Assembly (NCBI GenBank): GCA_003696625.1
Contig: RFGR01000151.1
Span: 929 to 64,928 of the forward strand
Direction of reading: 5' to 3'
Length of the DNA stretch: 64,000 nucleotides
DNA from: Planctomycetota bacterium
GTDB taxonomy: Bacteria; Planctomycetota; UBA1135
In this document: positions 24,552-35,848 of the stretch, piece after piece
How the letters are laid out: each line of letters opens with the position of its first letter
Position numbering within the stretch: the first letter of the stretch is position 1
Program-made: the position numbers and the translations under genes
The notes under the pieces: generated by a model
What the model was told of the DNA's origin: nothing
What the model saw: only the letters and a program-made list of their open reading frames with translations
Databases searched by the model: none

Positions 24552-25633
24552 CGCTGCTTGCGTTCGAGTTCGCGGAGCTGCTTGATCAACTGCTTCTCCT
24601 CCCGCCCGAGCCGCTCCGGCACCCGGACGTAGACGCGGACATAGAGATCGCCGCGATGGCCGCCGTGCAGGCGCGGCAGGCCCTTGCCGCGGACCCGGAA
24701 GACCTTGCCGGTCGGCGTTCCGGCCGGGACCGAGATCCGGACCGCGCCGTCGAGGCCGGCGACCTCGATCTTGTCGCCCAGGGCGGCCTGGGCGTAGCTG
24801 ATCGGCACTTCGACGTAGAGGTCCCGCCCCTCGCGGTGGAAGCCCGGCTTCTCGACCACCCGGACCTCGACGAAGAGGTCGCCGTTCTCGCCGCCGCGCG
24901 GGGCGGCCTCGCCCTGGCCGCCGAGCCGGATCTGGGCTCCGTCCTCGATGCCGGGCGGGATCCGCACCAGGATCTCCCGCCGGCGCGGGGCCAGGCCGCT
25001 GCCGCCGCAGCCCCGGCAGGGGTCGGCGATCACCTCGCCCTCGCCGCGGCACTGCGGGCAGGTGGTGCGGACGGCGAAGAAACCCTGCTGCTGGTGGACC
25101 TGGCCGCGGCCGCGGCAGGTCGGGCAGACCGCCGGTCGACTGCCGCGGGAGGCGCCGGAGCCGCCGCAGTCCAGGCAGGCCTCCTCGCGCTGGATGGCCA
25201 GGGTCCGCTCGGTGCCAGTCAGGACCTCCTCGAGGCCGATCTCGACCGTCGCCCGCAGGCTGCGGCCCCGCCGGACCGAGCGGCCGCGGCCGCGGCCGCC
25301 GAAGCCGAACAGGTTCTCGAACAGGCCGCCGCCGCCGCCGAAGATGTCGCCGAACTGGGCGAAGATGTCCTCGATGTTCTCGAAGTGGACGCCGCCGCCG
25401 CCGCCGTTGCCGAGGCCGGCATGGCCGAAGCGGTCGTAGCGGGCCCGCTTCTCGGGGTCGGAGAGAACCGCGTAGGCCTCCGACGCCTCCTTGAACTTCT
25501 CGGCCGCCTCGGAGTCGCCCTCGTTGCGGTCCGGGTGGTACTTGAGCGCCAGCCGACGGTAGGCCTTCTTGATCGCCTCCGCGTCGGCGTCCCGGGGGAC
25601 GCCGAGGACCTCGTAGTAGTCGCGCTGGCTCAT
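24548..25633 (-). CDS. dnaJ: Molecular chaperone DnaJ
   Basis: J domain [33 protein letters not shown], a Gly-rich linker, and four CxxCxGxG zinc-finger repeats ([32 protein letters not shown]). Confidence 0.95.
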   Translation of the reverse strand: MSQRDYYEVLGVPRDADAEAIKKAYRRLALKYHPDRNEGDSEAAEKFKEASEAYAVLSDPEKRARYDRFGHAGLGNGGGGGVHFENIEDIFAQFGDIFGGGGGLFENLFGFGGRGRGRSVRRGRSLRATVEIGLEEVLTGTERTLAIQREEACLDCGGSGASRGSRPAVCPTCRGRGQVHQQQGFFAVRTTCPQCRGEGEVIADPCRGCGGSGLAPRRREILVRIPPGIEDGAQIRLGGQGEAAPRGGENGDLFVEVRVVEKPGFHREGRDLYVEVPISYAQAALGDKIEVAGLDGAVRISVPAGTPTGKVFRVRGKGLPRLHGGHRGDLYVRVYVRVPERLGREEKQLIKQLRELERKQR

Positions 25634-25644
25634 GGTGGTGACCA

Positions 25645-25675
25645 GGGGCGGGGCGGCGTGGGGCCGCCCCGCCCC
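25645..25675 (-). terminator. Perfect 13-bp GC hairpin between groEL1 and dnaJ (terminator/attenuator or processing site)
   Basis: GGGGCGGGGCGGC (25645-25657) and GCCGCCCCGCCCC (25663-25675) are exact reverse complements with a 5-nt loop. There is no U tract. The hairpin ends 11 nt from the dnaJ ATG. Confidence 0.55.
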
Positions 25676-25694
25676 GCGGCCGGATTCCGGCGGA

Positions 25695-27305
<1,611 letters not shown>

Positions 27306-27317
27306 GGTTCTCTTTCC

Positions 27318-27641
27318 TCAGTCCTCGATCCTGGCCAGGATCTCCTCGGCCCGCAGGACCTTGTACTCGGTACCGTCGATCTCGACCTTGTTGCCGGCGT
27401 ACTTGCCGAAGATGACCTCGTCGCCGGGGGCGACGGGCATCTCAAGCCGCTTGCCGTCCTGGCCCAGGCGGCCGGGGCCGGCGGCGACGACGGTGCCGCG
27501 GTTCGGCTTCTCCTGGGCGCTGTCCGGCAGGACGATGCCGCTGGCGGTGACTTCCTCACCGGCGGCCGGGGCGATGAGGACGCGGTCCTCGATGGGGGTG
27601 AAGGCGATCCTGGCTGCCTTCTTCTTGGCGGTCTTGGCCAT
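27318..27641 (-). CDS. groS: Co-chaperonin GroES with a basic ~12-aa N-terminal extension
   Basis: 107 aa. FTPIEDRVLIAP...ASGIVLPDSAQEKPNRGTVVAAGPG...GDEVIFGKYAGNKVEIDGTEYKVL matches GroES. MAKTAKKKAARIA precedes the usual start of the fold. Confidence 0.9.
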   Translation of the reverse strand: MAKTAKKKAARIAFTPIEDRVLIAPAAGEEVTASGIVLPDSAQEKPNRGTVVAAGPGRLGQDGKRLEMPVAPGDEVIFGKYAGNKVEIDGTEYKVLRAEEILARIED

Positions 27642-27664
27642 CTCTCGGGTCGGGCTGGGGGTTA

Positions 27665-29281
<1,617 letters not shown>

Positions 29282-29378
29282 GGGTGATCTCGGCTCAGCG
29301 GTCGTCGGGGAAGACGTGACCGGAGGGGCCGGCGGGCGCAAGATGGACCCGCCGGCCGGGGGTCCTGCCCGTACTCCT

Positions 29379-29394
29379 GGCAACTCTGGTGCCA
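29379..29394 (-). promoter_or_regulatory. Candidate sigma-54 (-24/-12) promoter directed at groEL2-groES-groEL1
   Basis: The minus strand reads gtTGGCACcagagTTGCCagg. This is an exact TGGCAC-N5-TTGC core with the GG and GC correctly spaced. It lies ~98 nt upstream of ATG 29281, inside the 117-nt divergent intergenic region. Confidence 0.5.
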
Positions 29395-29398
29395 ACCT

Positions 29399-30637
29399 GT
29401 GTCCCGCTTCCGACCGCCTCTTCCCCGCTCTGGGCCTGCCGTTTTGGCACCCGGCCGCGGCGGCCGCCGCCGGCCGGCCTGCCACCTTGTCCTGCTGGTC
29501 GGCCTGGCGGCCCTCGGCGGTTCTTCCGTTCCCGCCCAGCAGCCGGTCCGCCTCCTCCTCCCCGACGGCCCGGTCGAAGCCCGCCTCGCCGGCTGGGGGG
29601 AGGACGGTCCGCTCCTGGCCGATCGGGAGACGCCGCCGGACTGGCTGGGGCTGGAACTGCCCCCGGCCGGGCCGCAGCCCCCGCCGGCCCCGGCTCCCTG
29701 GCAGCTCGAACTGAACGACGGTTCCTGGCTGCCTGGCTCGCCCGGTCTCGGCGACGGCGGCACCGGTTCGTGGCGGCTGCCGAACGGACTCTCGGTGGAT
29801 TTCGACACCCTCCTCCTGCGGCGGGTCGGCCGGAGCCCGGGGCCCTTCGAGGCCGAGGATCGGGATCTTCTCTGGCTTCGTTCGGCCGCCGGAGGGCTCG
29901 ACCGGCTCCGCGGCTGGCTGCTCGACTGGCGGCCGGCCGGCCTGGTCTTCGAGGGGCCGGCCGGCGAGGTGGAATACCCCTGGGATCGGATCGAGGCGCT
30001 GGAGGTCGTGCCGGAGGAGCCGGAGCCGGCCGGCGCCGGCTGGGTCTGGCTGGTGCTGGCCGACGGCGGGTTCCTCCGCTGCCGCCCGGAGCCGGGCGGA
30101 GCCGAGGCGGCGCTGCGGGTGGTGCTGCCCGGCGGCGGCCGGTTGGAGGTGTCCTGGTCCAGCCTCCGCGCGCTGCACCCGATCGCCGGCGACGGCTTGG
30201 TCGACGCGGCCTGGCGGGTCCGGGAACGGCCGGATCTGCGGCGGCTCGAGCCCGGGCCTTGTCTCGGCCGTTCGGTCGAGGGGCGGCCGCTGCGGGCCGG
30301 CGGGCGCGAATACCCGGACGGGCTCGGCCTGCGCGCCCCCTCGATCCTGACCAGGCCGCTGGATCGTGGGGGCACCTTCGTCGCCTGGGCGGCGATCGAC
30401 CAGGAGGCCGCCCTCTGCCGGGCGCCGCAGGCGTTCCGCTTCCTGGTTCGGTTCGACGGCCGTGAGCTGGCGGTCACGCCGCCCCTCCGGGCGGGGGACC
30501 GGCCGGTCCTGGTCCGGGCGGAGCTGCCGGGGCCGGGGGAACTGGGGCTCGAGGTGCGGCCGGAGGGCCCGCTCCCGTTCGGCGGCCACGCCGATTGGCT
30601 CCTGCCGCGGCTGCTGGCCCCGCCGGCAGGATCCTAG
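29399..30637 (+). CDS. Exported protein with C-terminal NPCBM/NEW2-like domain
   Basis: 412 aa with a GTG start and a signal/anchor segment (HLVLLVGLAALGGSSVPAQQ). The C-terminus (GRPLRAGGREYPDGLGLRAPSILTRPLDRGGTFVAWAAIDQEA...FRFLVRFDGRELA...GELGLEVRPEG...GHADWLLPRLL) fits the NPCBM pattern G-x-Y-x-GLG...F-x-V-x-DG...HADW. Confidence 0.6.
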   Translation: MSRFRPPLPRSGPAVLAPGRGGRRRPACHLVLLVGLAALGGSSVPAQQPVRLLLPDGPVEARLAGWGEDGPLLADRETPPDWLGLELPPAGPQPPPAPAPWQLELNDGSWLPGSPGLGDGGTGSWRLPNGLSVDFDTLLLRRVGRSPGPFEAEDRDLLWLRSAAGGLDRLRGWLLDWRPAGLVFEGPAGEVEYPWDRIEALEVVPEEPEPAGAGWVWLVLADGGFLRCRPEPGGAEAALRVVLPGGGRLEVSWSSLRALHPIAGDGLVDAAWRVRERPDLRRLEPGPCLGRSVEGRPLRAGGREYPDGLGLRAPSILTRPLDRGGTFVAWAAIDQEAALCRAPQAFRFLVRFDGRELAVTPPLRAGDRPVLVRAELPGPGELGLEVRPEGPLPFGGHADWLLPRLLAPPAGS

Positions 30638-31623
30638 GTCTCGGCGCCCCGGCTCCGGCTTCGGCGCCGGCGGGGATCCGAGAACCGGACCTTGCCCTTG
30701 CCGGAGCGTTTGGCCTCCTCCAGGGCCTCGTTGGCCCGGAGGAAGAGTTCGCGCGGTTGCTCGAGACCGTGGCCGGTGAAGCCGGCGACCCCCAGCGAGA
30801 GCCGGAGGTCGGCGGCGTGCGGCCCCTCCTCGACCCGGCTTCGGCCGGCCGCGGCCAGGATCCGCTCGGCCACTCCGACCGCCTCCTCGAGCGTGGTGTT
30901 CGGCAGCAGGACGGCAAACTCGTCGCCGCCGATCCGGGCCGGGATGTCGATCGCCCGCACGGAGCGGCGTAGGATCCGCCCGACCGCGCGCAGGGCGAGG
31001 TCCCCGAACTCGTAACTGGCCTCGTCGTTCAGGCGCTTGAAGTCGTCCAGGTCGAGCAGGATCAGGCCGAGCGGGCTGCCGTGGCGACGGGTCCGCTCGA
31101 ACTCCTGCTCCAGCCGGTCGCGGAAATGGCGGTCGTTGGCCAGCCCGGTCTTGTGGTCGGTGATCAGCTGCCCTTCGAGTTCGGCCGAACGCGCCCGTTC
31201 GGCCGCCACCAGGCCCTGGAGCCGGAGCAGGTTGCCGAGTCGGGCCGCGGCCTCGGCCGGCGAGACCGGCAGGCTCAGCCAATCCGCGAGGGTGCCGCTG
31301 GGCCGGAAGAGCCCGCCGAGGGCGTGGATCGGGGCGGCCGGCCAGGGCAGGACCAGCCAGGGAACGGGCCGGGTGGGGGAGAGGCCGGCGGTCAGCAGTT
31401 CCCACTCCAGGGTGCCGGGGTCGAGGGTGAGCGGGGCGACCACCGCCGCGTCCGGGTCCTCTTCGGCCAGGAGCCGGGCGCTCCGATCGAGCCGCTCCGA
31501 GGACAGGACGGTCCATCCCCGTTCCTGGAAGCCGCTGCGGAGGGCGTCCAGGGCTTCGCCGCGGTGATTCAGGAGGGCGAGTCGGCGGGGGCGGTCCGCG
31601 AAGCCCGGTTCGGGCTGGAACAT
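30634..31623 (-). CDS. Diguanylate cyclase (GGDEF) with degenerate N-terminal receiver-like domain
   Basis: Start at ATG 31623, giving 329 aa. The GGDEF domain reads TGLANDRHFRDRLEQEF...LILLDLDDFKRLND...RAIDIPARIGGDEFAVLL, with an intact GGDEF and an RxxD I-site 5 aa upstream. The N-terminal REC-like fold lacks the acidic pocket, phospho-Asp and Lys by eye alignment. Confidence 0.85.
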   Translation of the reverse strand: MFQPEPGFADRPRRLALLNHRGEALDALRSGFQERGWTVLSSERLDRSARLLAEEDPDAAVVAPLTLDPGTLEWELLTAGLSPTRPVPWLVLPWPAAPIHALGGLFRPSGTLADWLSLPVSPAEAAARLGNLLRLQGLVAAERARSAELEGQLITDHKTGLANDRHFRDRLEQEFERTRRHGSPLGLILLDLDDFKRLNDEASYEFGDLALRAVGRILRRSVRAIDIPARIGGDEFAVLLPNTTLEEAVGVAERILAAAGRSRVEEGPHAADLRLSLGVAGFTGHGLEQPRELFLRANEALEEAKRSGKGKVRFSDPRRRRSRSRGAET

Positions 31624-31705
31624 CTTCCGTGAAAAGCCTATCACCGGATCAAATAGGAAGTTGGTATTTCGGCGGCGGCTTCCTCCGGCGGGATCGGGGC
31701 CGGCG

Positions 31706-31733
31706 TTGACGGCGGGGCCCGGCAGGCTAAGAT
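31706..31733 (+). promoter_or_regulatory. Candidate sigma-70 promoter of the rpsB-tsf operon
   Basis: TTGACG (31706-31711), a 16-nt spacer, then TAAGAT (31728-31733), about 80 nt upstream of the rpsB TTG start. An 8-bp hairpin, GCCCGGCC/GGCCGGGC (31752-31775), lies in the leader. Confidence 0.55.
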
Positions 31734-31814
31734 ATTCGACCCGAAAAACGTGCCCGGCCTCTTTCGTGGCCGGGCCGAATCCACCGGAATCCCACCTCAC
31801 CCCGCTCGAGAGCC

Positions 31815-32774
31815 TTGTCCGACCTCTCCGTCCAGGAGTTCGTGGACGCCGGAGCCCACATCGGCTGCCGCGTCAGCCGCTGGAACCCGAAGATGGAACC
31901 CTACATCTACGGGAGCCGGAACCGGATCCACATCATCGACCTGCGGCTGACCATCCGCGGCATCCTGCGCGCCCGCCACTTCCTGCGCGAGGTCGTCGCC
32001 AGCGGCCAGGACGTCCTTTTCGTCGGGACCAAGCCCCAGATCCGGCCCGAGATCCGGAAGGTCCACGAACTCACCGGGATGCACTACGTGGACGACCGCT
32101 GGATCGGCGGCACCCTGACCAACTACGAGGTGATCGGCAGCCGCATCGGCTACCTGGAGGAGCTCGAGAAGAAGGAAGCCGAGGGTTACGTCGAGCAGCT
32201 CTCGAGCAAGGAGGCGGCCCGATTCGCGCGCGAGAAGCGCAAGATCTGGCGCAACCTGCACGGCATCCGCGACATGTTCCGGCTGCCCGGGGCGCTGGTG
32301 GTGGTCGATCCGAAGACCGAGGTCAACGCGGTCCGGGAGGCTCAGCGCATGGGCATCCCGGTCGTCGGCATTGTCGACACCGACGGCGACCCGGACGTCT
32401 GCGACATCGTCATCCCGGCCAACGACGACGCCATCCGCTCGGTCGCCCTGGTCCTCGGCAAGCTGGCCGACGCGGTGGTCGAGGGCAAGCGGCTCCGCGA
32501 GGAGCGGGGCATCTCGGCCCCGGCCCGGGTCGAGCTGGTGGATCCGAGCGCTCCGGTGCCGAGGCCGCGGTCCAGCCGGCGGCGGCCGCCCCGGATGCCC
32601 GGCGGCCTGAACCGGCAGGTCGAGATTCAGGCCGTGGACGGCGGTCCCGCGGCGGCGCCGGCCGGCGAGGCCGCGGCCGAGGCCGCCCCGAAGCCGGCCC
32701 CGGAACCCGCGCCCGAACCCGCGCCCGAGTCGGACGGCCCGGCGGCCCCCGAAGGCGGCGAAGCGGCTTCCTGA
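31815..32774 (+). CDS. rpsB: 30S ribosomal protein S2 with Ala/Pro-rich C-terminal extension
   Basis: TTG start. LSVQEFVDAGAHIGCRVSRWNPKMEPYIYGSRNRIHIIDL aligns to the E. coli S2 N-terminus. PGALVVVDPKTEVNAVREAQRMGIPVVGIVDTDGDP is also present. Confidence 0.93.
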   Translation: MSDLSVQEFVDAGAHIGCRVSRWNPKMEPYIYGSRNRIHIIDLRLTIRGILRARHFLREVVASGQDVLFVGTKPQIRPEIRKVHELTGMHYVDDRWIGGTLTNYEVIGSRIGYLEELEKKEAEGYVEQLSSKEAARFAREKRKIWRNLHGIRDMFRLPGALVVVDPKTEVNAVREAQRMGIPVVGIVDTDGDPDVCDIVIPANDDAIRSVALVLGKLADAVVEGKRLREERGISAPARVELVDPSAPVPRPRSSRRRPPRMPGGLNRQVEIQAVDGGPAAAPAGEAAAEAAPKPAPEPAPEPAPESDGPAAPEGGEAAS

Positions 32775-32843
32775 GCGCGGCCCGATTCCCCTACTTCGAC
32801 TGGAACCCCCCGGCGCGCCTGCGCCCGAGAACCGCACGAACCG

Positions 32844-33446
32844 ATGACCACGATCAGCGCCAAGGCCGTCGCCGCCCTCCGCGCCCGTTCCGGAGCCGGC
32901 ATGATGGACTGCAAGAAGGCCCTCGTCGAGACCGGAGGCGACGAGGAGAAGGCCATGGAGTGGCTTCGGGCCAAGGGCCTGAAGACCGCCGACAAGAAGG
33001 CCGGCCGCAGCACCGGCGAGGGCCGGGTCCACGCCTACATCCACCACAACCAGAAGGTCGGCGTCCTGCTCGAGGTCGCTTGTGAGACCGACTTCGTCGC
33101 CCGCGGCGAGGTCTTCACGCAGCTCCTCGACGACCTCTGCATGCACATCGCCGCCATCCGGCCGACCCCGGTGGCGGTGACCGAGGACGAGGTGCCGGAG
33201 GAAATGATCGCCGAGGAGAAGCGGCAGCTCCTCCTGGCCGAGGATCTGCAGGGCAAGCCGGACGAGATCAAGGAGAAGATCGTCAGCGGCCGCCTGCGCA
33301 AGTTCGTCACCGAGCGCGCCCTCTACTCGCAGGAGTTCGTCAAGGATCCGGACCTGACGGTCGAGGACGTGGTCAAGAAGGCGATCGCCGCGGTCGGCGA
33401 GAACATCAAGGTCAACCGCTTCGTCCGCTTCGAACTCGGGGCCTGA
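32844..33446 (+). CDS. tsf: Elongation factor Ts (short ~200-aa form)
   Basis: ISAKAVAALRARSGAGMMDCKKALVETGGDEEKAMEWLRAKG is the UBA-like N-terminus. HHNQKVGVLLEVACETDFVAR is the EF-Ts core. Confidence 0.93.
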   Translation: MTTISAKAVAALRARSGAGMMDCKKALVETGGDEEKAMEWLRAKGLKTADKKAGRSTGEGRVHAYIHHNQKVGVLLEVACETDFVARGEVFTQLLDDLCMHIAAIRPTPVAVTEDEVPEEMIAEEKRQLLLAEDLQGKPDEIKEKIVSGRLRKFVTERALYSQEFVKDPDLTVEDVVKKAIAAVGENIKVNRFVRFELGA

Positions 33447-33464
33447 GGCGGCTATCCTGCCGGC

Positions 33465-34178
33465 ATGGCCACCCGCTACCGGCGCCTCCTGCTCAAGGTC
33501 AGCGGCGAGGGCTTCGCCCGGCCGGGCGAGACCGGGCTCGACGGAGAGCGGGTGCGCGGTCTGGCCGAGCAGCTCAAGGTCCTCACCGCCGAGGGCGTCC
33601 AGGTCGCCTGCGTGATCGGCGGCGGCAACATTCTCCGCGGCGCCCGCTCGGCCGAACTCGGCCTCGACCGGGCCACCGCCGACTACATGGGGATGCTGGC
33701 GACGGTGATCAACGGCTTGGCCCTGTGCGACGCCCTCGAGTCGCACGGCGTGCCGACCCGGGTCCTGTCGGCGGTCGAGGTGCACAAGGTTTGCGAGCCC
33801 TTCATCCGCCGCCGGGCCCTGCGTCACCTCGAGAAGGGGCGGGTGGTGGTTCTCGCCGGCGGCCTCGGCAGCCCCTACTTCACTACCGACACCGCCGCCG
33901 CCCAGCGGGCGGTCGAACTCGGCTGCGACGTGCTCCTCAAGGCCACCCAGGTCGATGGGGTGTACGACGGCGACCCGCGCCAGGTGCCGGACGCCCGCCT
34001 GCTGCCCCGACTCGGCTTCGCCGAGGTCCTCGAGCGGCGGCTGCGGGTGATGGATCAGACCGCCTTCGCCCTCTGCCGAGAGAACGGCCTGCCCCTGGTC
34101 GTCTTCGGCCTCGACGAGCCCGACGGCATCGTTCGCGCCGCCCGCGGCGAGCACGTCGGCACGATCATCCACGACTGA
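33465..34178 (+). CDS. pyrH: UMP kinase
   Basis: YRRLLLKVSGE, GGGNILRG, ADYMGMLATVINGLAL, VVVLAGGLGSPYFTTDTAAAQRA and LKATQVDGVYDGDP are all present. Confidence 0.95.
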   Translation: MATRYRRLLLKVSGEGFARPGETGLDGERVRGLAEQLKVLTAEGVQVACVIGGGNILRGARSAELGLDRATADYMGMLATVINGLALCDALESHGVPTRVLSAVEVHKVCEPFIRRRALRHLEKGRVVVLAGGLGSPYFTTDTAAAQRAVELGCDVLLKATQVDGVYDGDPRQVPDARLLPRLGFAEVLERRLRVMDQTAFALCRENGLPLVVFGLDEPDGIVRAARGEHVGTIIHD

Positions 34179-34181
34179 ACC

Positions 34182-34760
34182 ATGGCCAGACCCATCCAGC
34201 CTTTTCTCGACGACGCCCGCGCCCGCATGGCCAAGTCGGTCGAGCACTTCCAGGGCGAAACCCGCGGCCTCCGCACCGGCCGCGCCAACAGCGCCCTGGT
34301 CGACCACATCCGGGTCGACTACTACGGCTCGAAGACTCCGCTCAGCCAGCTGGCGACGGTCTCGGTGCCCGACCCGCGGTCGATCGTCGTCAAGCCCTTC
34401 GACGCCAGCTGCCTGAAGGACGTCGAGCGCGCCATCCTCGCCTCCGACCTCGGCTTCAACCCCTCGATCGAGGGCAAGATGCTGCGGATCACGATCCCGC
34501 CGCTGTCGCAGGAGCAGCGCCAGAAGCTGGCCGGACGGGTCAAGTCGCTGGCCGAGGAGGCCCGGGTCAGCATGCGCAACGTCCGCCGCGACGTGCTCAA
34601 GGAGGTTGAGACCGCCTGGCGCGAGAAGAAGGGCGAAGTCCTCCTGACCGACGACGACGTCCGCGAGGCCAAGGACGCCGTCCAGGACCTGCTCAAGGAG
34701 CACGAGAAGAAGGTCGACGAGATCCTCGAGGCCAAGACCAAGGAGATCCTGGAGGGCTGA
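34182..34760 (+). CDS. frr: Ribosome recycling factor
   Basis: 192 aa. FQGETRGLRTGRANSALVDHIRVDYYGSKTPLSQLATVSVPDPRSIVVKPFD and IPPLSQEQRQKLA are present. Confidence 0.95.
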   Translation: MARPIQPFLDDARARMAKSVEHFQGETRGLRTGRANSALVDHIRVDYYGSKTPLSQLATVSVPDPRSIVVKPFDASCLKDVERAILASDLGFNPSIEGKMLRITIPPLSQEQRQKLAGRVKSLAEEARVSMRNVRRDVLKEVETAWREKKGEVLLTDDDVREAKDAVQDLLKEHEKKVDEILEAKTKEILEG

Positions 34761-34786
34761 ACGCGACCGGCGGTCCGCCGCCGGAC

Positions 34787-34862
34787 GGGGGCATAACTCA
34801 GTTGGTAGAGTAGTTGGCTTTTAACCAATGAGTCCCAGGTTCGAGTCCTGGTGCCCTCACCA
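34787..34862 (+). tRNA. tRNA-Lys (anticodon TTT)
   Basis: 76 nt. Acceptor stem GGGGGCA/TGCCCTC (G2-U71). D arm ACTC-AGTTGGTA-GAGT. Anticodon arm GTTGG-CTTTTAA-CCAAT. T arm CCAGG-TTCGAGT-CCTGG. CCA is encoded. It lies 26 nt after frr. Confidence 0.9.
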
Positions 34863-34867
34863 AACCG

Positions 34868-34887
34868 CCCGCGGCTTCGGCCGCGGG
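34868..34887. terminator. Bidirectional hairpin between tRNA-Lys and the convergent radical SAM gene
   Basis: CCCGCGGC-ttcg-GCCGCGGG, an 8-bp stem with a TTCG loop. Confidence 0.5.
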
Positions 34888-34894
34888 TCGGTCT

Positions 34895-35830
34895 CTATTC
34901 CAGCCGGCCGGCGCGGCAGCCCTGGACCGCGCCGCGCCGGCGCAGCTCGGCCTCGATCGCGGCGTGGACCCGGGCCCGCGGCGGCCAACCGAGAGGGGCC
35001 AGGTAGCGCTCGGGCGGGTTCTCGGCCACCAGGCGGTGGACGACCACCGCCGCCGGCAGCCGCTCGAGGGCGTCGGCGACCCTGCCGATGTACTCCTCCG
35101 GCCGCAGCAACTCGACCTCACCCCGTCGCCACATCACCTCCAGCCGGGTCCGGCGCAGGACCATGAGCTGGTGGAACTTGATCCCGGTCACGCCGGCCGC
35201 GGCCGCCTCCTCCACCTGGCGCAGCAGCCCGTCCGGGCGATCGCCGGGCAGACCGGCGATGGTATGGGCGACGACGCCGAGTCCGTGTCGCCGGGCCAGG
35301 GCGCAGGCGCGGTGAAAGTTCTCCAGCCGGTCGTGGCGGCCGATGATCTCCTGCACCCGATCGTCGGCCGTCTCGAGACCGAGTTCGAGCCAGACTTCGC
35401 GGAAGTGGTTGCGGGCGCCGGCCAACAGCTCGGCCGCGGCCGGCGAGAAGCAGTCCGGGCGGGTGCCGACGGCCAGGATCGGGGCGTCGGCGGCCTGGCC
35501 GGCCAGGAACTCGACCGCCCGCGCCAGCGGTCCGAGATCCGGCCAGGTGTTGGAGTAGGACTGGAGGTAGGCGATGGCCGCCGGCCCCTCCGGCTGGGAC
35601 CGCCGGACCCGCGCGAGCCCGCGCCGCCATTGCTCGGCCAGGTCCAGGCTCGGCGCCGCCCCGGTGCCGCTGCCGTGGACGTCGCAGTAGATGCAGCCGC
35701 CCCGGCCGCTGACGCCGTCCCGGTTCGGGCAGCTCAGGCCGAGGTCGAGCATGACCCGGCGCAGCCGGCGGCCGTAGCGGCGCCGGAGGTGCCTCCCGAG
35801 GGTGTGGACCGGCGCCTCGGCCGTTAGCAT
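34895..35830 (-). CDS. TIGR01212-family radical SAM protein (YhcC-like)
   Basis: 311 aa. LGLSCPNRDGVSGRGGCIYCD is the unusual Cys cluster of this family. YLQSYSNTW, ELGLETADD and TGIKFHQLMVLRRT are also present. Confidence 0.85.
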   Translation of the reverse strand: MLTAEAPVHTLGRHLRRRYGRRLRRVMLDLGLSCPNRDGVSGRGGCIYCDVHGSGTGAAPSLDLAEQWRRGLARVRRSQPEGPAAIAYLQSYSNTWPDLGPLARAVEFLAGQAADAPILAVGTRPDCFSPAAAELLAGARNHFREVWLELGLETADDRVQEIIGRHDRLENFHRACALARRHGLGVVAHTIAGLPGDRPDGLLRQVEEAAAAGVTGIKFHQLMVLRRTRLEVMWRRGEVELLRPEEYIGRVADALERLPAAVVVHRLVAENPPERYLAPLGWPPRARVHAAIEAELRRRGAVQGCRAGRLE

Positions 35831-35839
35831 GACCGGCCG

Positions 35840-35845
35840 ATTCTA
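35840..35845 (-). promoter_or_regulatory. Candidate -10 element TAGAAT (minus strand), 9 nt upstream of ATG 35830
   Basis: The minus strand reads atggcTAGAATcggccggtcATG. It lies in the 18-nt gap between two divergent start codons. Confidence 0.45.
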
Positions 35846-35848
35846 GCC

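Noticed and set aside
29282-29398. CIRCE/HrcA operator or sigma-32 type heat-shock promoter upstream of the chaperonin genes (also checked 27642-27664 and 25634-25694)
   Set aside because: I looked for TTAGCACTC-N9-GAGTGCTAA-like inverted repeats and for CTTGAA...CCCCAT on the minus strand. I found nothing resembling them.
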